Source of the DNA: Syntrophorhabdaceae bacterium
Lineage (GTDB): Bacteria; Desulfobacterota; Syntrophorhabdia; Syntrophorhabdales; Syntrophorhabdaceae
Direction of reading: 5' to 3'
Assembly (NCBI GenBank): GCA_963665295.1
Contig: OY762209.1
Location: 1,920,001-1,984,000 of the forward strand
DNA: 64,000 nucleotides
A program made the position numbers and the translations under genes. The notes below the pieces were generated by a model, which was not told the origin of the DNA, did not search any database, and saw only the letters and a list, made by a program, of their open reading frames with translations. Shown piece by piece: positions 1-8,617 of the stretch (within the stretch, counting starts at the first letter, position 1; every line of letters starts with the position of its first letter).

Positions 1-643
1 GCTGATAACCGGCGTCGGTAAGACGGTCCCTTATCCTTCTGTTTGCATCCTCGGTGGTGCCTTTGGCGCATACCGCCACTACTTTCTTGTCTCCCGTTTC
101 CGACGGTATCTCCACATTCGCCATTCCCACCACGCCCCCGCAGGCCCTGGAAAAGATTGTCCGTGTAAGGCGGTTCACTCCGACCACATCGGTGACCGAA
201 TGGTACATGCAGATATCTTTAGTTCCTACCGCAGGTCCCACTACGGCCGGATTGCCTGCCTGCGAAGACACCATGAACTTCGGTATGCCCACGGGAAGGG
301 CGCGCATTACGCCGGTTCCCATGGCTGTACCCATGCCGCCCCCGATGCCGAGGATGCCATGGATCTTGTCTTCCAGGTGGAGTTTGAGCGCTATGTTGCC
401 TGCTCCCTGGGTCATGAGTCCGAGCGCCTCGGCCTCAGCGGGGATCTTCCTTACCGCATCGATCGAAGAACCGGCCGCCTCGGCGACTTCCTCCCGGGTT
501 ACGTCGGCCTTTATGGTCGAGGACCCCAGTATTCCCGCGTCGAGCAACATGGCCTTTGCCCCCAGAAGCTCTATCTGTTCCTTTGCAAAGGCCACTTCCG
601 TGCCCTTCGTATCCAACGTTGCCACTACAAGGATTGTCTTCAT
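1..643 (-). CDS. UPF0261 / Tm-1-like ATP-binding domain protein (3' end runs off the window)
   Basis: Not in the ORF track. The minus strand from ATG at 643 reads MKTILVVATLDTKGTEV...GIGGGMGT...LPVGIPKFMVSS...SVTDVVGVN, the characteristic UPF0261 N-terminus. It is open to position 1. Confidence 0.85.
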   Translation of the reverse strand, partial: MKTILVVATLDTKGTEVAFAKEQIELLGAKAMLLDAGILGSSTIKADVTREEVAEAAGSSIDAVRKIPAEAEALGLMTQGAGNIALKLHLEDKIHGILGIGGGMGTAMGTGVMRALPVGIPKFMVSSQAGNPAVVGPAVGTKDICMYHSVTDVVGVNRLTRTIFSRACGGVVGMANVEIPSETGDKKVVAVCAKGTTEDANRRIRDRLTDAGYQ

Positions 644-924
644 CTCTTCCACCCCTTTTTTATCTGACGGTTTCGCTTCTAAGCCGCCCTGTTTCCTGCT
701 TACAGGGCGCGGGCAACAAAACATTTGGTGAGACAGCGATCCGGACTCTTTTGTCCCTCCCCGCTTTGCATACCGTAAACCTGACCTTCAAGACCCGGTT
801 TCCTCCCAGGTACGCATGAAACCCGTGCAAAGTTCGGACAGTTCACCCTAGCTCATGAGACCCTCCCTTTTTTTATGCCAATATCCCTGTGTTTCTGTTA
901 TATTAAGAAGCATATTTCCCCATA

Positions 925-965
925 GATCAACTTAGTTTTACTTATATCCCATCAGTAAATGTTAT
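925..965 (-). promoter_or_regulatory. LysR-type operator overlapping a -35 element upstream of the UPF0261 gene
   Basis: Minus strand ataacatttactgatgggatataagtaaaactaagttgatc matches the site at 5795-5835 at 28/41 positions without gaps. Confidence 0.55.
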
Positions 966-1155
966 CCTCATCATTCCCGTAACCGCACCGTGTTTCGCCG
1001 GACCGGCATCGGCGGAACACGGTGCGGGAGGCCGGGGGAAGGAAGGCGTTGTCCGCCGGATGAGGTGTGGCAGTGTACAGGTCCCGCAAAGTCCGGCCTC
1101 ATGTGCCGGTGCAGATCCCGATGCCGGTCAGAGGAGCGCCGGTCTTATGGACGGG

Positions 1156-2055
1156 CTAGAGGACATATTTCAATTTAAGCTCTTCTATGTGGTGCACGAA
1201 CCGCCGGATGGCGAGATCATATTTTCTGGATTTCAGAAATACTACGTACACATCCAGCGACAGTTTCTCCTTCAATGACAATACCTTGAAATGTTTAAGG
1301 TCTTCCGGCAACACAGCCCTCTTGATAAGAATGGACAGGCCTTTGCCCTGGGATACCCACTCCTTTATGAAATCCGTGCTTTTCATGTCGATGAGGACGG
1401 AAGGCTTCGCTTTCACCGCTTCAAGGGCTGAGAGGACAGTCTTCCGTGTGGCGGACTCCTTTTCCCTCACGATCATGGGGTAGCCATCTATTTCCCGGAG
1501 CGATATGGAGTCTTTTCCAGCGAGGGGATGATTACGGGGCACTATCGCCACAAGTTCCTCTTTCACAAGAGAGAACTCCGCGAGGTTCTGGGGAATCTTC
1601 TCCGTGGCTACGATCACCACGTCATTCTCCATGACGGACAGGGTCTTTATCAAATCGCCCGAGCTTCCCGTATCGAGTTTTATCATCACGTCCGGATTGT
1701 CCTTCTGAAATGTGCCGAGTATGAAGGGCACCATTATCCTCGAATAGACGGGGGTAGTCGCCACCCGGAGCAACGGGGCGGGCTCCTGCCGTATGTTTCT
1801 GATGACGGTCTCCAGGCCCCTCGCCATGGCCTCTATCTTCTCTGCATACTTGAAGACGATCTTGCCCTCTTTCGTGAGCGTGCATACCCCGTTTTCCCTC
1901 TTTATGAGTCTGCACCCGGCCTGGGCCTCGATCTGGGCCACGTGTTTGGAGACGCCGGGTTGCGTGATAAAAAGCAGGTCTGCCGCCTTGGAAAAACTGT
2001 TCAGTTTTGCCACTTCGTAAAAAACGATCAAGGAGTTCAATGAATAGGAGAACAT
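1156..2055 (-). CDS. LysR family transcriptional regulator (paralogue 1)
   Basis: N-terminal HTH SFSKAADLLFITQPGVS plus a substrate-binding domain. Start moved to MFSYS (2055), giving 299 aa, the same length as paralogue 2. Confidence 0.93.
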   Translation of the reverse strand: MFSYSLNSLIVFYEVAKLNSFSKAADLLFITQPGVSKHVAQIEAQAGCRLIKRENGVCTLTKEGKIVFKYAEKIEAMARGLETVIRNIRQEPAPLLRVATTPVYSRIMVPFILGTFQKDNPDVMIKLDTGSSGDLIKTLSVMENDVVIVATEKIPQNLAEFSLVKEELVAIVPRNHPLAGKDSISLREIDGYPMIVREKESATRKTVLSALEAVKAKPSVLIDMKSTDFIKEWVSQGKGLSILIKRAVLPEDLKHFKVLSLKEKLSLDVYVVFLKSRKYDLAIRRFVHHIEELKLKYVL

Positions 2056-2281
2056 GATTGTTTCCTCGTTTAATTGAGCTGGTCTTGCGTAATGAGTCTG
2101 TATTCTAGGACAATTAGACAGTAGATTAATTCGCAAAGTCAAGAACCTATAATCGGAGCCGGTGACGGTTTGTCCGGAATTACGCACAGAAGGGGGACCT
2201 CCTTGTCACGCTGTTCTACCACGTTTCGCAACGAAAATGAAGGAAACAGGCATTCCGGAGGGCGGGAAGAGAATAGCGCTT

Positions 2282-2305
2282 ATAGGTTTTTCTGATGGGT
2301 CATAA
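2282..2305 (+). promoter_or_regulatory. LysR-type operator copy upstream of the response regulator, divergent from LysR 1
   Basis: ataggtttttctgatgggtcataa is 20/24 identical to 5795-5818. Confidence 0.5.
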
Positions 2306-2547
2306 CAAATATTACGGGGGCCTCCCGGGTGCGGAAAAAGGGGGTCCGGCGCAGTATGAAAGGCCGTGGGTGTCATCAAGCCCCCCGTTCGGCCCACGAG
2401 GGGCGGTGCCGCCCGGTGCCCGGTGCCCCGTCATCCATGGAGTGGCGCGGGAGGTTCCATTCATGGTAAAAGAATTGAGGATGGGCAACTGTATTGTGCC
2501 GCCGTCGGGGTCTCCCGGGCGCGATCTTGAGGAAGGAGAGATGCGAT

Positions 2548-3066
2548 ATGAATGATTCCGTGTTGGATGGCAAAAGGATTCTTGCCGTGGACGATGAGCC
2601 GGATGTTCTCGGTATCCTGGAAGAGGAAATCATGGACGCCTGTCCCAACTGCGTGTTTGAAAAGGCCGTCAATTATGAGGACGCGAAAGAGATGATCGGG
2701 TCGGAGTCGTATGATGTCGTCATTCTCGACATTATGGGCGTACGGGGGTTTGACCTCCTCGATATCGCCGTACAGAGGGGGTTGAAGGCGGCGGTGCTCA
2801 CAGCTCACGCCCTGTCGCCGGAAATGCTGGCCCGCGCCGTGCAGATGAAGGCCAGGGCTTACCTGTCGAAAGAGAAACTCGGTCAGATAGTCCCCTTTCT
2901 CGAAGACCTGGTGAGCTACGATTATGAATCAGGTCTGTATCATGTGTTTCCCGACAGCCCCGGTCCAAGGCAGGAAGGGGAAGGGGAAGGGACGAAAAGG
3001 CAGGCGGGTGACGGCAGGGACCAGCTCAGAAAGCCGACGGTATCGTGGTATGGCAAGCATTCCTGA
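2548..3066 (+). CDS. Single-domain response regulator (receiver)
   Basis: ILAVDDEPD, VILDIMG (phospho-Asp), LTAHA and YLSK motifs. SD-like gaaggag precedes ATG 2548. Confidence 0.85.
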   Translation: MNDSVLDGKRILAVDDEPDVLGILEEEIMDACPNCVFEKAVNYEDAKEMIGSESYDVVILDIMGVRGFDLLDIAVQRGLKAAVLTAHALSPEMLARAVQMKARAYLSKEKLGQIVPFLEDLVSYDYESGLYHVFPDSPGPRQEGEGEGTKRQAGDGRDQLRKPTVSWYGKHS

Positions 3067-3100
3067 CCGATGACGCGTGCGGGGCGGGTGAGCCGCTTCT

Positions 3101-3847
3101 TCAGGACTGTATCCTGCGGAAGAGGAAACTCCCGATCCCGGTAATCGTCGCGGCCACGAGAACGAGCATGGCGGAATCGGTAAAAAGGCCCATATGACCT
3201 CCCCCGGTCATCACTGTCCGCAGTGCATCGACGCCGTAGGCGAGAGGGTTTGCCCAGCAGACGATGGTCATTGCCCTGGGGAGGCTCTCCATGGGGAAAA
3301 GGGCACCGGATAGAAAGAAAGTGGGCATCACAAGGAAGTTCATGATAAGTTGAAACCCCTGGGTGTCCTCGATAAGGCATGCGATAGCCGTTCCGAAAGC
3401 GGTAAACGTTACGGCTATGAGCGCCATGTAGACCGGGACGAGAGGGAGGAGGGCAGGCTCCGGGGGCCTGTAACCCACGATAAGACAGAGAAAGAATACG
3501 ATCATCCCCTGAAATACCGCCACTGTCGCAGCCCCCAGGGTCCTTCCGATCATGATGCGGGTTCTCGACACGGGTGCCACAAGAATCTCCTTGAGAAAAC
3601 CGAACTGCCTGTCCCAGAGTACTTCGATGCCGGAGAAGGTGGCGCTGAAGAGGATGCTCATGGCGATGATCCCCGGTGCGAGGAACTGGATGTAGTTGCC
3701 TCCTCCGGCCTTCGCGTATATGGGGCCGAAGCCGAACCCGAGGGCCACGAGGAACAGGAGGGGCTGGCCCAATGAGCCTATGATCCTGGATTTGGACCTG
3801 AAATACCGCTTCAACTGCCTGAGCCAGAGGATGTAGATCACATTCAT
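3101..3847 (-). CDS. ABC-2 type exporter permease (DrrB-like)
   Basis: Hydrophobic protein with FLAPGII, DRQFGFLKEILVAP, FLSGALFP and NPLAYGVDALR motifs. Confidence 0.9.
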   Translation of the reverse strand: MNVIYILWLRQLKRYFRSKSRIIGSLGQPLLFLVALGFGFGPIYAKAGGGNYIQFLAPGIIAMSILFSATFSGIEVLWDRQFGFLKEILVAPVSRTRIMIGRTLGAATVAVFQGMIVFFLCLIVGYRPPEPALLPLVPVYMALIAVTFTAFGTAIACLIEDTQGFQLIMNFLVMPTFFLSGALFPMESLPRAMTIVCWANPLAYGVDALRTVMTGGGHMGLFTDSAMLVLVAATITGIGSFLFRRIQS

Positions 3848-4662
3848 CTGTTTCTGCCCCGCATAAATTTCCGCTGGACCCTCATGCGCTCCAGGGGGTT
3901 TGCCTCTTCGGCCCTGAGGCCGCGACCGGTGAGGGCGATAAAGGCGTCCTCCAGGGAGCTAGTGCCTGTCTTTTCCTTCAATTCACCGGGGGTCCCGTCG
4001 GCAACGATCCGTCCCCGGTCTATGATGGCGATGCGGTTGGCCGCTCTTTCCGCTTCCTCCATGTAATGGGTGGTAAAAAAAACGGTTACCCCCTCGGACC
4101 GGTTGAGTTCCTTGATGTGGCCCCAGATGAGGTTCCGCGTCTGGGGATCGAGGCCAAGAGTGGGTTCGTCAAGAAAGAGGACTATGGGATGGTGAAGGAG
4201 GCCTCTCGCAATTTCGAGCCTCCGCTTCATTCCACCGGAAAAGGTCTTGACGAAGTCGTCTTTCCGGTCCCACAGTTCCACAATGGAAAGGAGCTCCCTT
4301 ATCCTCGGTTTCCTTATCTCTTTCGGGACGTTATAGAGTATGCCATGGTACTCCATGTTCTCGTAGGCGGTAAGTTCTTCATCGAGGCTCGGGTCCTGAA
4401 ACACGATTCCGAAGGTCCGGCGTACCTTGTGGGGAGATGTGGCAGGATCATGGCCGTTCATGGAAATCCTCCCGCTTGTGGGGCGAAGAAGGGTGGTGAG
4501 CATCTTGATGGTCGTCGACTTTCCCGCCCCGTTCGGGCCGAGAAAGGCGAAAATCTCCCCTGCCTCGATGGAAAAGGTCAGGTGGTCGACGGCCACGAAG
4601 TCGTCAAACATCTTGGTGAGGTCGTTTACGCTGATAATATGCTTCTTGTCTGCTTCCGTCAT
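3844..4662 (-). CDS. ABC exporter ATP-binding protein (DrrA-like)
   Basis: Walker A GPNGAGKST, signature FSGGM, Walker B LFLDEPT, TTHYMEEAE. Confidence 0.93.
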   Translation of the reverse strand: MTEADKKHIISVNDLTKMFDDFVAVDHLTFSIEAGEIFAFLGPNGAGKSTTIKMLTTLLRPTSGRISMNGHDPATSPHKVRRTFGIVFQDPSLDEELTAYENMEYHGILYNVPKEIRKPRIRELLSIVELWDRKDDFVKTFSGGMKRRLEIARGLLHHPIVLFLDEPTLGLDPQTRNLIWGHIKELNRSEGVTVFFTTHYMEEAERAANRIAIIDRGRIVADGTPGELKEKTGTSSLEDAFIALTGRGLRAEEANPLERMRVQRKFMRGRNR

Positions 4663-4712
4663 CCGTCCTGCCCTCGATCGGTCAATCTTGCTTCATCCGG
4701 TCCGGTACGCCT

Positions 4713-5612
4713 TTACAACACATACTTCGATTTAAGCTCCTCCACGTGGTGGACGAACTTCCGGATGGCGAGGTCGTATCTCCTTGCCTTCAAAAAGAGC
4801 ATGGACACGTTAAGGGAAAGGTCCTCATCCAGGGGTATGACCTTGAGGTGCTTGAGGTCGTCGGCCGATACGGCCCTCTTGATGAGGATCGACTTGCCCT
4901 TGCCCTGAGATACCCACTCCTTTATGAATTCCGTGCTCTTCATGTCGATGAGGACGGAAGGCTTTATCTTCATCGACTCGAAGGCGGCAAGTACCGCATG
5001 CCTCGTGGCGGACCCTTTCTCCCGTACGATCAGAGGACGTCCCTCCATCTCCCGTAAGGATATGGACGTCCTTATGGAGAAGGGATGGTTGGTGGGCACT
5101 ATGGCCACCAGTTCCTCTTTCACGAGAGGGAATACGGAGAGGTTCTTCGAGGTCTTTTCCGCAGCAGCGATTACCACATCGTTCTTCATGGCAAGGACCG
5201 AATCCACAAGGTCATGGGAGGTCCCCATGTCGAGGGCGATGGAGATATCAGGGTTGTCCTTCTGAAAGGTGCCGAGGATAAAGGGGAGCATGACCTTCGA
5301 ATATATGGGGCTCGTGGCGAGCCTCAAAGAGGGGACGGATTCCTGCTTTATGCCCCTTATGGTATTCTCGAGGCCCCTTGCCATGGTCTCTATCTTCTCC
5401 GCATACCTGAAGACCGCCTTTCCCTCCTTGGTGAGTCTGCACGCGCCCTTTTCCCGTGTAAGGAGCCTGCTCCCCGTCTGGGCCTCCAGTTGGGCCACAT
5501 GGTTCGACACGCCCGGCTGGGTCATGAAAAGCAGGTCCGCAGCCTTGGAAAAGCTGTTCAGTTTTACGACTTCGTAGAACACGATCAAGGAGTTTAGTGA
5601 GTAGGAGAACAT
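4713..5612 (-). CDS. LysR family transcriptional regulator (paralogue 2), divergent from the ppc operon
   Basis: HTH SFSKAADLLFMTQPGVS. Colinear without gaps with 1156-2055. Confidence 0.93.
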   Translation of the reverse strand: MFSYSLNSLIVFYEVVKLNSFSKAADLLFMTQPGVSNHVAQLEAQTGSRLLTREKGACRLTKEGKAVFRYAEKIETMARGLENTIRGIKQESVPSLRLATSPIYSKVMLPFILGTFQKDNPDISIALDMGTSHDLVDSVLAMKNDVVIAAAEKTSKNLSVFPLVKEELVAIVPTNHPFSIRTSISLREMEGRPLIVREKGSATRHAVLAAFESMKIKPSVLIDMKSTEFIKEWVSQGKGKSILIKRAVSADDLKHLKVIPLDEDLSLNVSMLFLKARRYDLAIRKFVHHVEELKSKYVL

Positions 5613-5794
5613 AATGTTTTCTTATTAAGATTAAACGGAAAATCATGGCGGCCTGTCAAGGCATTATCTGCCCCCGCACGGGGCTTATGTATTTAAAAGA
5701 GGACATAACCAATCATTATAGTAAGTTAAATATCACTATGTTGCAAAATAGTACAATGACGGTAAAGCCCATAAATTGAGGAAGAAGCACCGGT

Positions 5795-5858
5795 ATAGTT
5801 TTTTCTTATGGAGCATAAGAAGAACTAAATTGACACCCCCCGGGATCGGAGATTTACT
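5795..5858 (+). promoter_or_regulatory. LysR operator plus sigma70-type promoter of the ppc operon
   Basis: An ATAG-N7-TTAT site and a second ATAA-N7-TAAA site abut TTGACA (5830-5835), followed by a 17-nt spacer and TTTACT (5853-5858). A related ATAA-N7-TTAT array lies at 5705-5746. Confidence 0.6.
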
Positions 5859-6013
5859 AGATGCATGAACACCGGCTCAGGTGAAAAGGGAAAATCCGAT
5901 ACCTGCAAAATACTACAAACCGACGATACTGTCAATAATTCCGCCAAAGAGACGGAACAACGAGGACCGGTAAATTGTGCAGATAACACCAAACTACGCA
6001 AAGGGAGGTATGT

Positions 6014-7429
6014 ATGGATTTAAGGGACTACGTGTCATTATGCGAGAAGGTAGGTCAATTAAAAAGAGTGAAAGCCGAAGTTGACTGGAATCTTGAAATT
6101 TCCCATATCGCGAAGGTCGTGGAGGAGAAATCGGGTCCGGCCCTGCTTTTCGAAAAGGTGAAGGGATATAGCAGCCCGGTGCTCACGGGCGCCTTCGGCA
6201 CCACCGAGAGACTGGCGATGATCCTCGGACAGAAGCCGGACATGTCCATGGTTCAGCTCACCAGGGAGTGGGTGAACCTCTCAGTCAAAGGGGTGATCCC
6301 CGCAAAAGAACAGAAAGACGGTCCCATCTTCGAGAATATCGTTGACGGAAACAAAGTGGACACCTTCGCCTTTCCCTCACCGAAGTTCTACGAACTGGAC
6401 GGCGGACGCTATTTCGGCACCGCGGTGTTCATGGTCATTCAGGACCCGGAGACAGGCGACGTGAACCTCGGCACATACCGGATGGGCATCCTTGACGAAA
6501 AGACCGTGGGCGTTCAGATCCTCAAGGGAAAGAAAGCCGACAGGATCATGAAGAAATACGGGAAGGCCGGCAAGAAAATGCCCGCATGCGCCATCATCGG
6601 CGGTGACCCCCTGCACATCTTTGCGAGCGCCGCCACGGTAACGGGCGCGAAGAGCGGATATGATGTGGTAGGCACCTTGAGGGGCGCGCCGGTGGAAACG
6701 GTAAAATCCCAGATTCACGGGCTTCCCATTCCCGCAGGTGCGGAGATTGTGCTGGAAGGTGAGATCGATCCGAGCCAGCTCAGAAACGAAGGGCCCTTCG
6801 GAGAATACACGGGCTACTACACGGAAGAACTTATCAAACAAATCCCGAAACCCGCTCTGGATATCCAGCGGGTGTACCACAGGAACAACCCGATCCTCTG
6901 GGAGACGAGCGTGGGCCGTCCCGTGGGCGACCAGCACATGCTCTATGCCTTTACGCGGAACGCCTCGCTCTGGAGCGATCTCGTGAAAATGGGAATCCCG
7001 GGTGTCAAGTCCGTCTATACCATGCCGGAGGCTTCGGGGCGCTTCATCGTTGTGGTTTCCGTGAAACAGGCATATCCCGGCCATTCCGACCAGGTAGGAG
7101 CGGCGGTGATCGCGAGTAACACGGGCACCTATGGAATCAAGATGGTGATCATCGTCGATGACGATATCGAAGCAGACGACCTTCCGAGAGTCTGGTGGGC
7201 ACTCGGTACCCGTTACCACGCAAGCAGGGGCACCCAGATTATCAACAGAGGCAGGTCAACCCCACTCGACCCGTCTATCGGTGCCGACGACGATAAGTTC
7301 ATCATGTCGCGTATCATCCTCGACGCAACCATCCCCTACGATTGGAAGATCAAACCCACGGAGATCAAGCTCAACGAGGCTATGGCGGCGCAGGTACAGT
7401 CAAGGTGGGCCGAGTACGGCATAGACTAG
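6014..7429 (+). CDS. ppcB: Phenylphosphate carboxylase beta subunit (UbiD family)
   Basis: MDLR...EVDWNLEISH...GPALLFE, GTYRM, EGPFGEYTGYY, RGRSTPLDP and the C-terminus RWAEYGID resemble Thauera PpcB as I recall it. Confidence 0.9.
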   Translation: MDLRDYVSLCEKVGQLKRVKAEVDWNLEISHIAKVVEEKSGPALLFEKVKGYSSPVLTGAFGTTERLAMILGQKPDMSMVQLTREWVNLSVKGVIPAKEQKDGPIFENIVDGNKVDTFAFPSPKFYELDGGRYFGTAVFMVIQDPETGDVNLGTYRMGILDEKTVGVQILKGKKADRIMKKYGKAGKKMPACAIIGGDPLHIFASAATVTGAKSGYDVVGTLRGAPVETVKSQIHGLPIPAGAEIVLEGEIDPSQLRNEGPFGEYTGYYTEELIKQIPKPALDIQRVYHRNNPILWETSVGRPVGDQHMLYAFTRNASLWSDLVKMGIPGVKSVYTMPEASGRFIVVVSVKQAYPGHSDQVGAAVIASNTGTYGIKMVIIVDDDIEADDLPRVWWALGTRYHASRGTQIINRGRSTPLDPSIGADDDKFIMSRIILDATIPYDWKIKPTEIKLNEAMAAQVQSRWAEYGID

Positions 7430-7438
7430 GCGGCATTA

Positions 7439-7476
7439 CGGGCCCCGGCAGGTATAACGCCCATGCCCGGGGCCCG
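7439..7476 (+). other. GC-rich intergenic hairpin inside the ppc operon
   Basis: cgggccccggca ... tgcccggggcccg inverted repeat with no U-tract; possibly an mRNA stability element. Confidence 0.45.
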
Positions 7477-7503
7477 GCAACAGACAAAAAGGAGGAGATC
7501 GCA

Positions 7504-8061
7504 ATGGCATTTGAAAAAGACATAAACAATGCCCAGGAAAGGGCACGGAAGGTCAAACTCTTCGGTCACGACATTCACGGCGTGTTGACCAACAACAGCC
7601 TCACCTGTGACATCGAAGGGAACAGGCGCTACGGCTTCTGGCACATGGACGGCTTCGGGGACCTCTCCCTTACCGCAAACGAGATGAAGATCGCCTTTCT
7701 CGATACCACTTCCATTGACGGAGAAGGGCTTTTCAGGGCCAAAGAGCTTAAACTCGACAAGTTCTACTACGCCATTAAGGACAAATCGGCGAAACTCGAC
7801 GAACTGGTCAAGGAAATGGGCATAACCTATGCCGACGTGGGGTACCTCGGCGCGGAGATTTCCGACATTCCCATAATGAAGAAGGTCGGTTTCGGCGTTG
7901 CCACGGCCGACGCCATTGATGAAGTGAAGGCCCTCGCCTCCTACGTGACGAACAATGCCGCGGGTAGGGGAGCCATGAGGGAGACCTGCGAAGTTATCCT
8001 GAGGGCCATGGGCAAGTGGGATGGCTGGGTCGAGAAAGTAACCAAAATGGGATACAAATAG
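7504..8061 (+). CDS. ppcD: Phenylphosphate carboxylase delta-like subunit, KdsC-like HAD fold (copy 1, degenerate motifs)
   Basis: SD aggag before ATG 7504. KVKLFGHDIHGVLT ... YLGAEISD ... GRGAMRE...LRAMGKW gives a KdsC/PpcD layout. Confidence 0.72.
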   Translation: MAFEKDINNAQERARKVKLFGHDIHGVLTNNSLTCDIEGNRRYGFWHMDGFGDLSLTANEMKIAFLDTTSIDGEGLFRAKELKLDKFYYAIKDKSAKLDELVKEMGITYADVGYLGAEISDIPIMKKVGFGVATADAIDEVKALASYVTNNAAGRGAMRETCEVILRAMGKWDGWVEKVTKMGYK

Positions 8062-8071
8062 GGGGTGAGCC

Positions 8072-8602
8072 ATGGGTAAAGCAGAAGCCATAGAAAAAGC
8101 GAAAAAGGTGAAGTTCGTCATTCTCGACATACACGGGGTACTGACCGATAATACCCTTTATTACACGCAGGAAGGGACCAAATCGGAGTCCTTTTCCCTT
8201 CACGACCGCCTGGGCATAAGGGCCCTGACGGAGCAGGGCATACCCGTCTCCTTTCTCACCACGAAGATATCCCGCGCCGACGAGCAGATGGGAAAGATCT
8301 ACGGCATTCCGCCGGAGAGACTCTGGGGCCAGGGGGCAAAAATGGCGAGGATCGACCAGTTTCAGCAGGAGACAGGCTACAAGGACGAGGATATCTGCTA
8401 TGTGGGCGACGAGATGATCGACCTCGCGGTAATGAAGCGTTCCGGGTTCTCCGCAGCCCCTGCGGACGGTTCTCAGGAGGCAAGAGGCGTGGCGGACTAT
8501 GTGACGAATGCAGGCGGCGGCAAAGGGGTAGTGCGGGAACTGGCCCAATTCATACTTGAAGCACAAGGAAAATGGAGCAAATTCGTAGAAGAGTTCAAAT
8601 AA
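8072..8602 (+). CDS. ppcD: Phenylphosphate carboxylase delta-like subunit, KdsC-like HAD phosphatase (copy 2)
   Basis: KVKFVILDIHGVLTD ... CYVGDEMID ... GGKGVVRE...LEAQGKW. Confidence 0.8.
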   Translation: MGKAEAIEKAKKVKFVILDIHGVLTDNTLYYTQEGTKSESFSLHDRLGIRALTEQGIPVSFLTTKISRADEQMGKIYGIPPERLWGQGAKMARIDQFQQETGYKDEDICYVGDEMIDLAVMKRSGFSAAPADGSQEARGVADYVTNAGGGKGVVRELAQFILEAQGKWSKFVEEFK

Positions 8603-8617
8603 CTGGAGGAAAGCGGT

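Noticed and set aside
54..731. 225-aa plus-strand ORF at the window start
   Set aside because: Antisense to the UPF0261 gene on the minus strand.
5613..6013. sigma54 promoter for the ppc operon
   Set aside because: No TGGCAC-N5-TTGC motif found; a TTGACA promoter with LysR sites is present instead.
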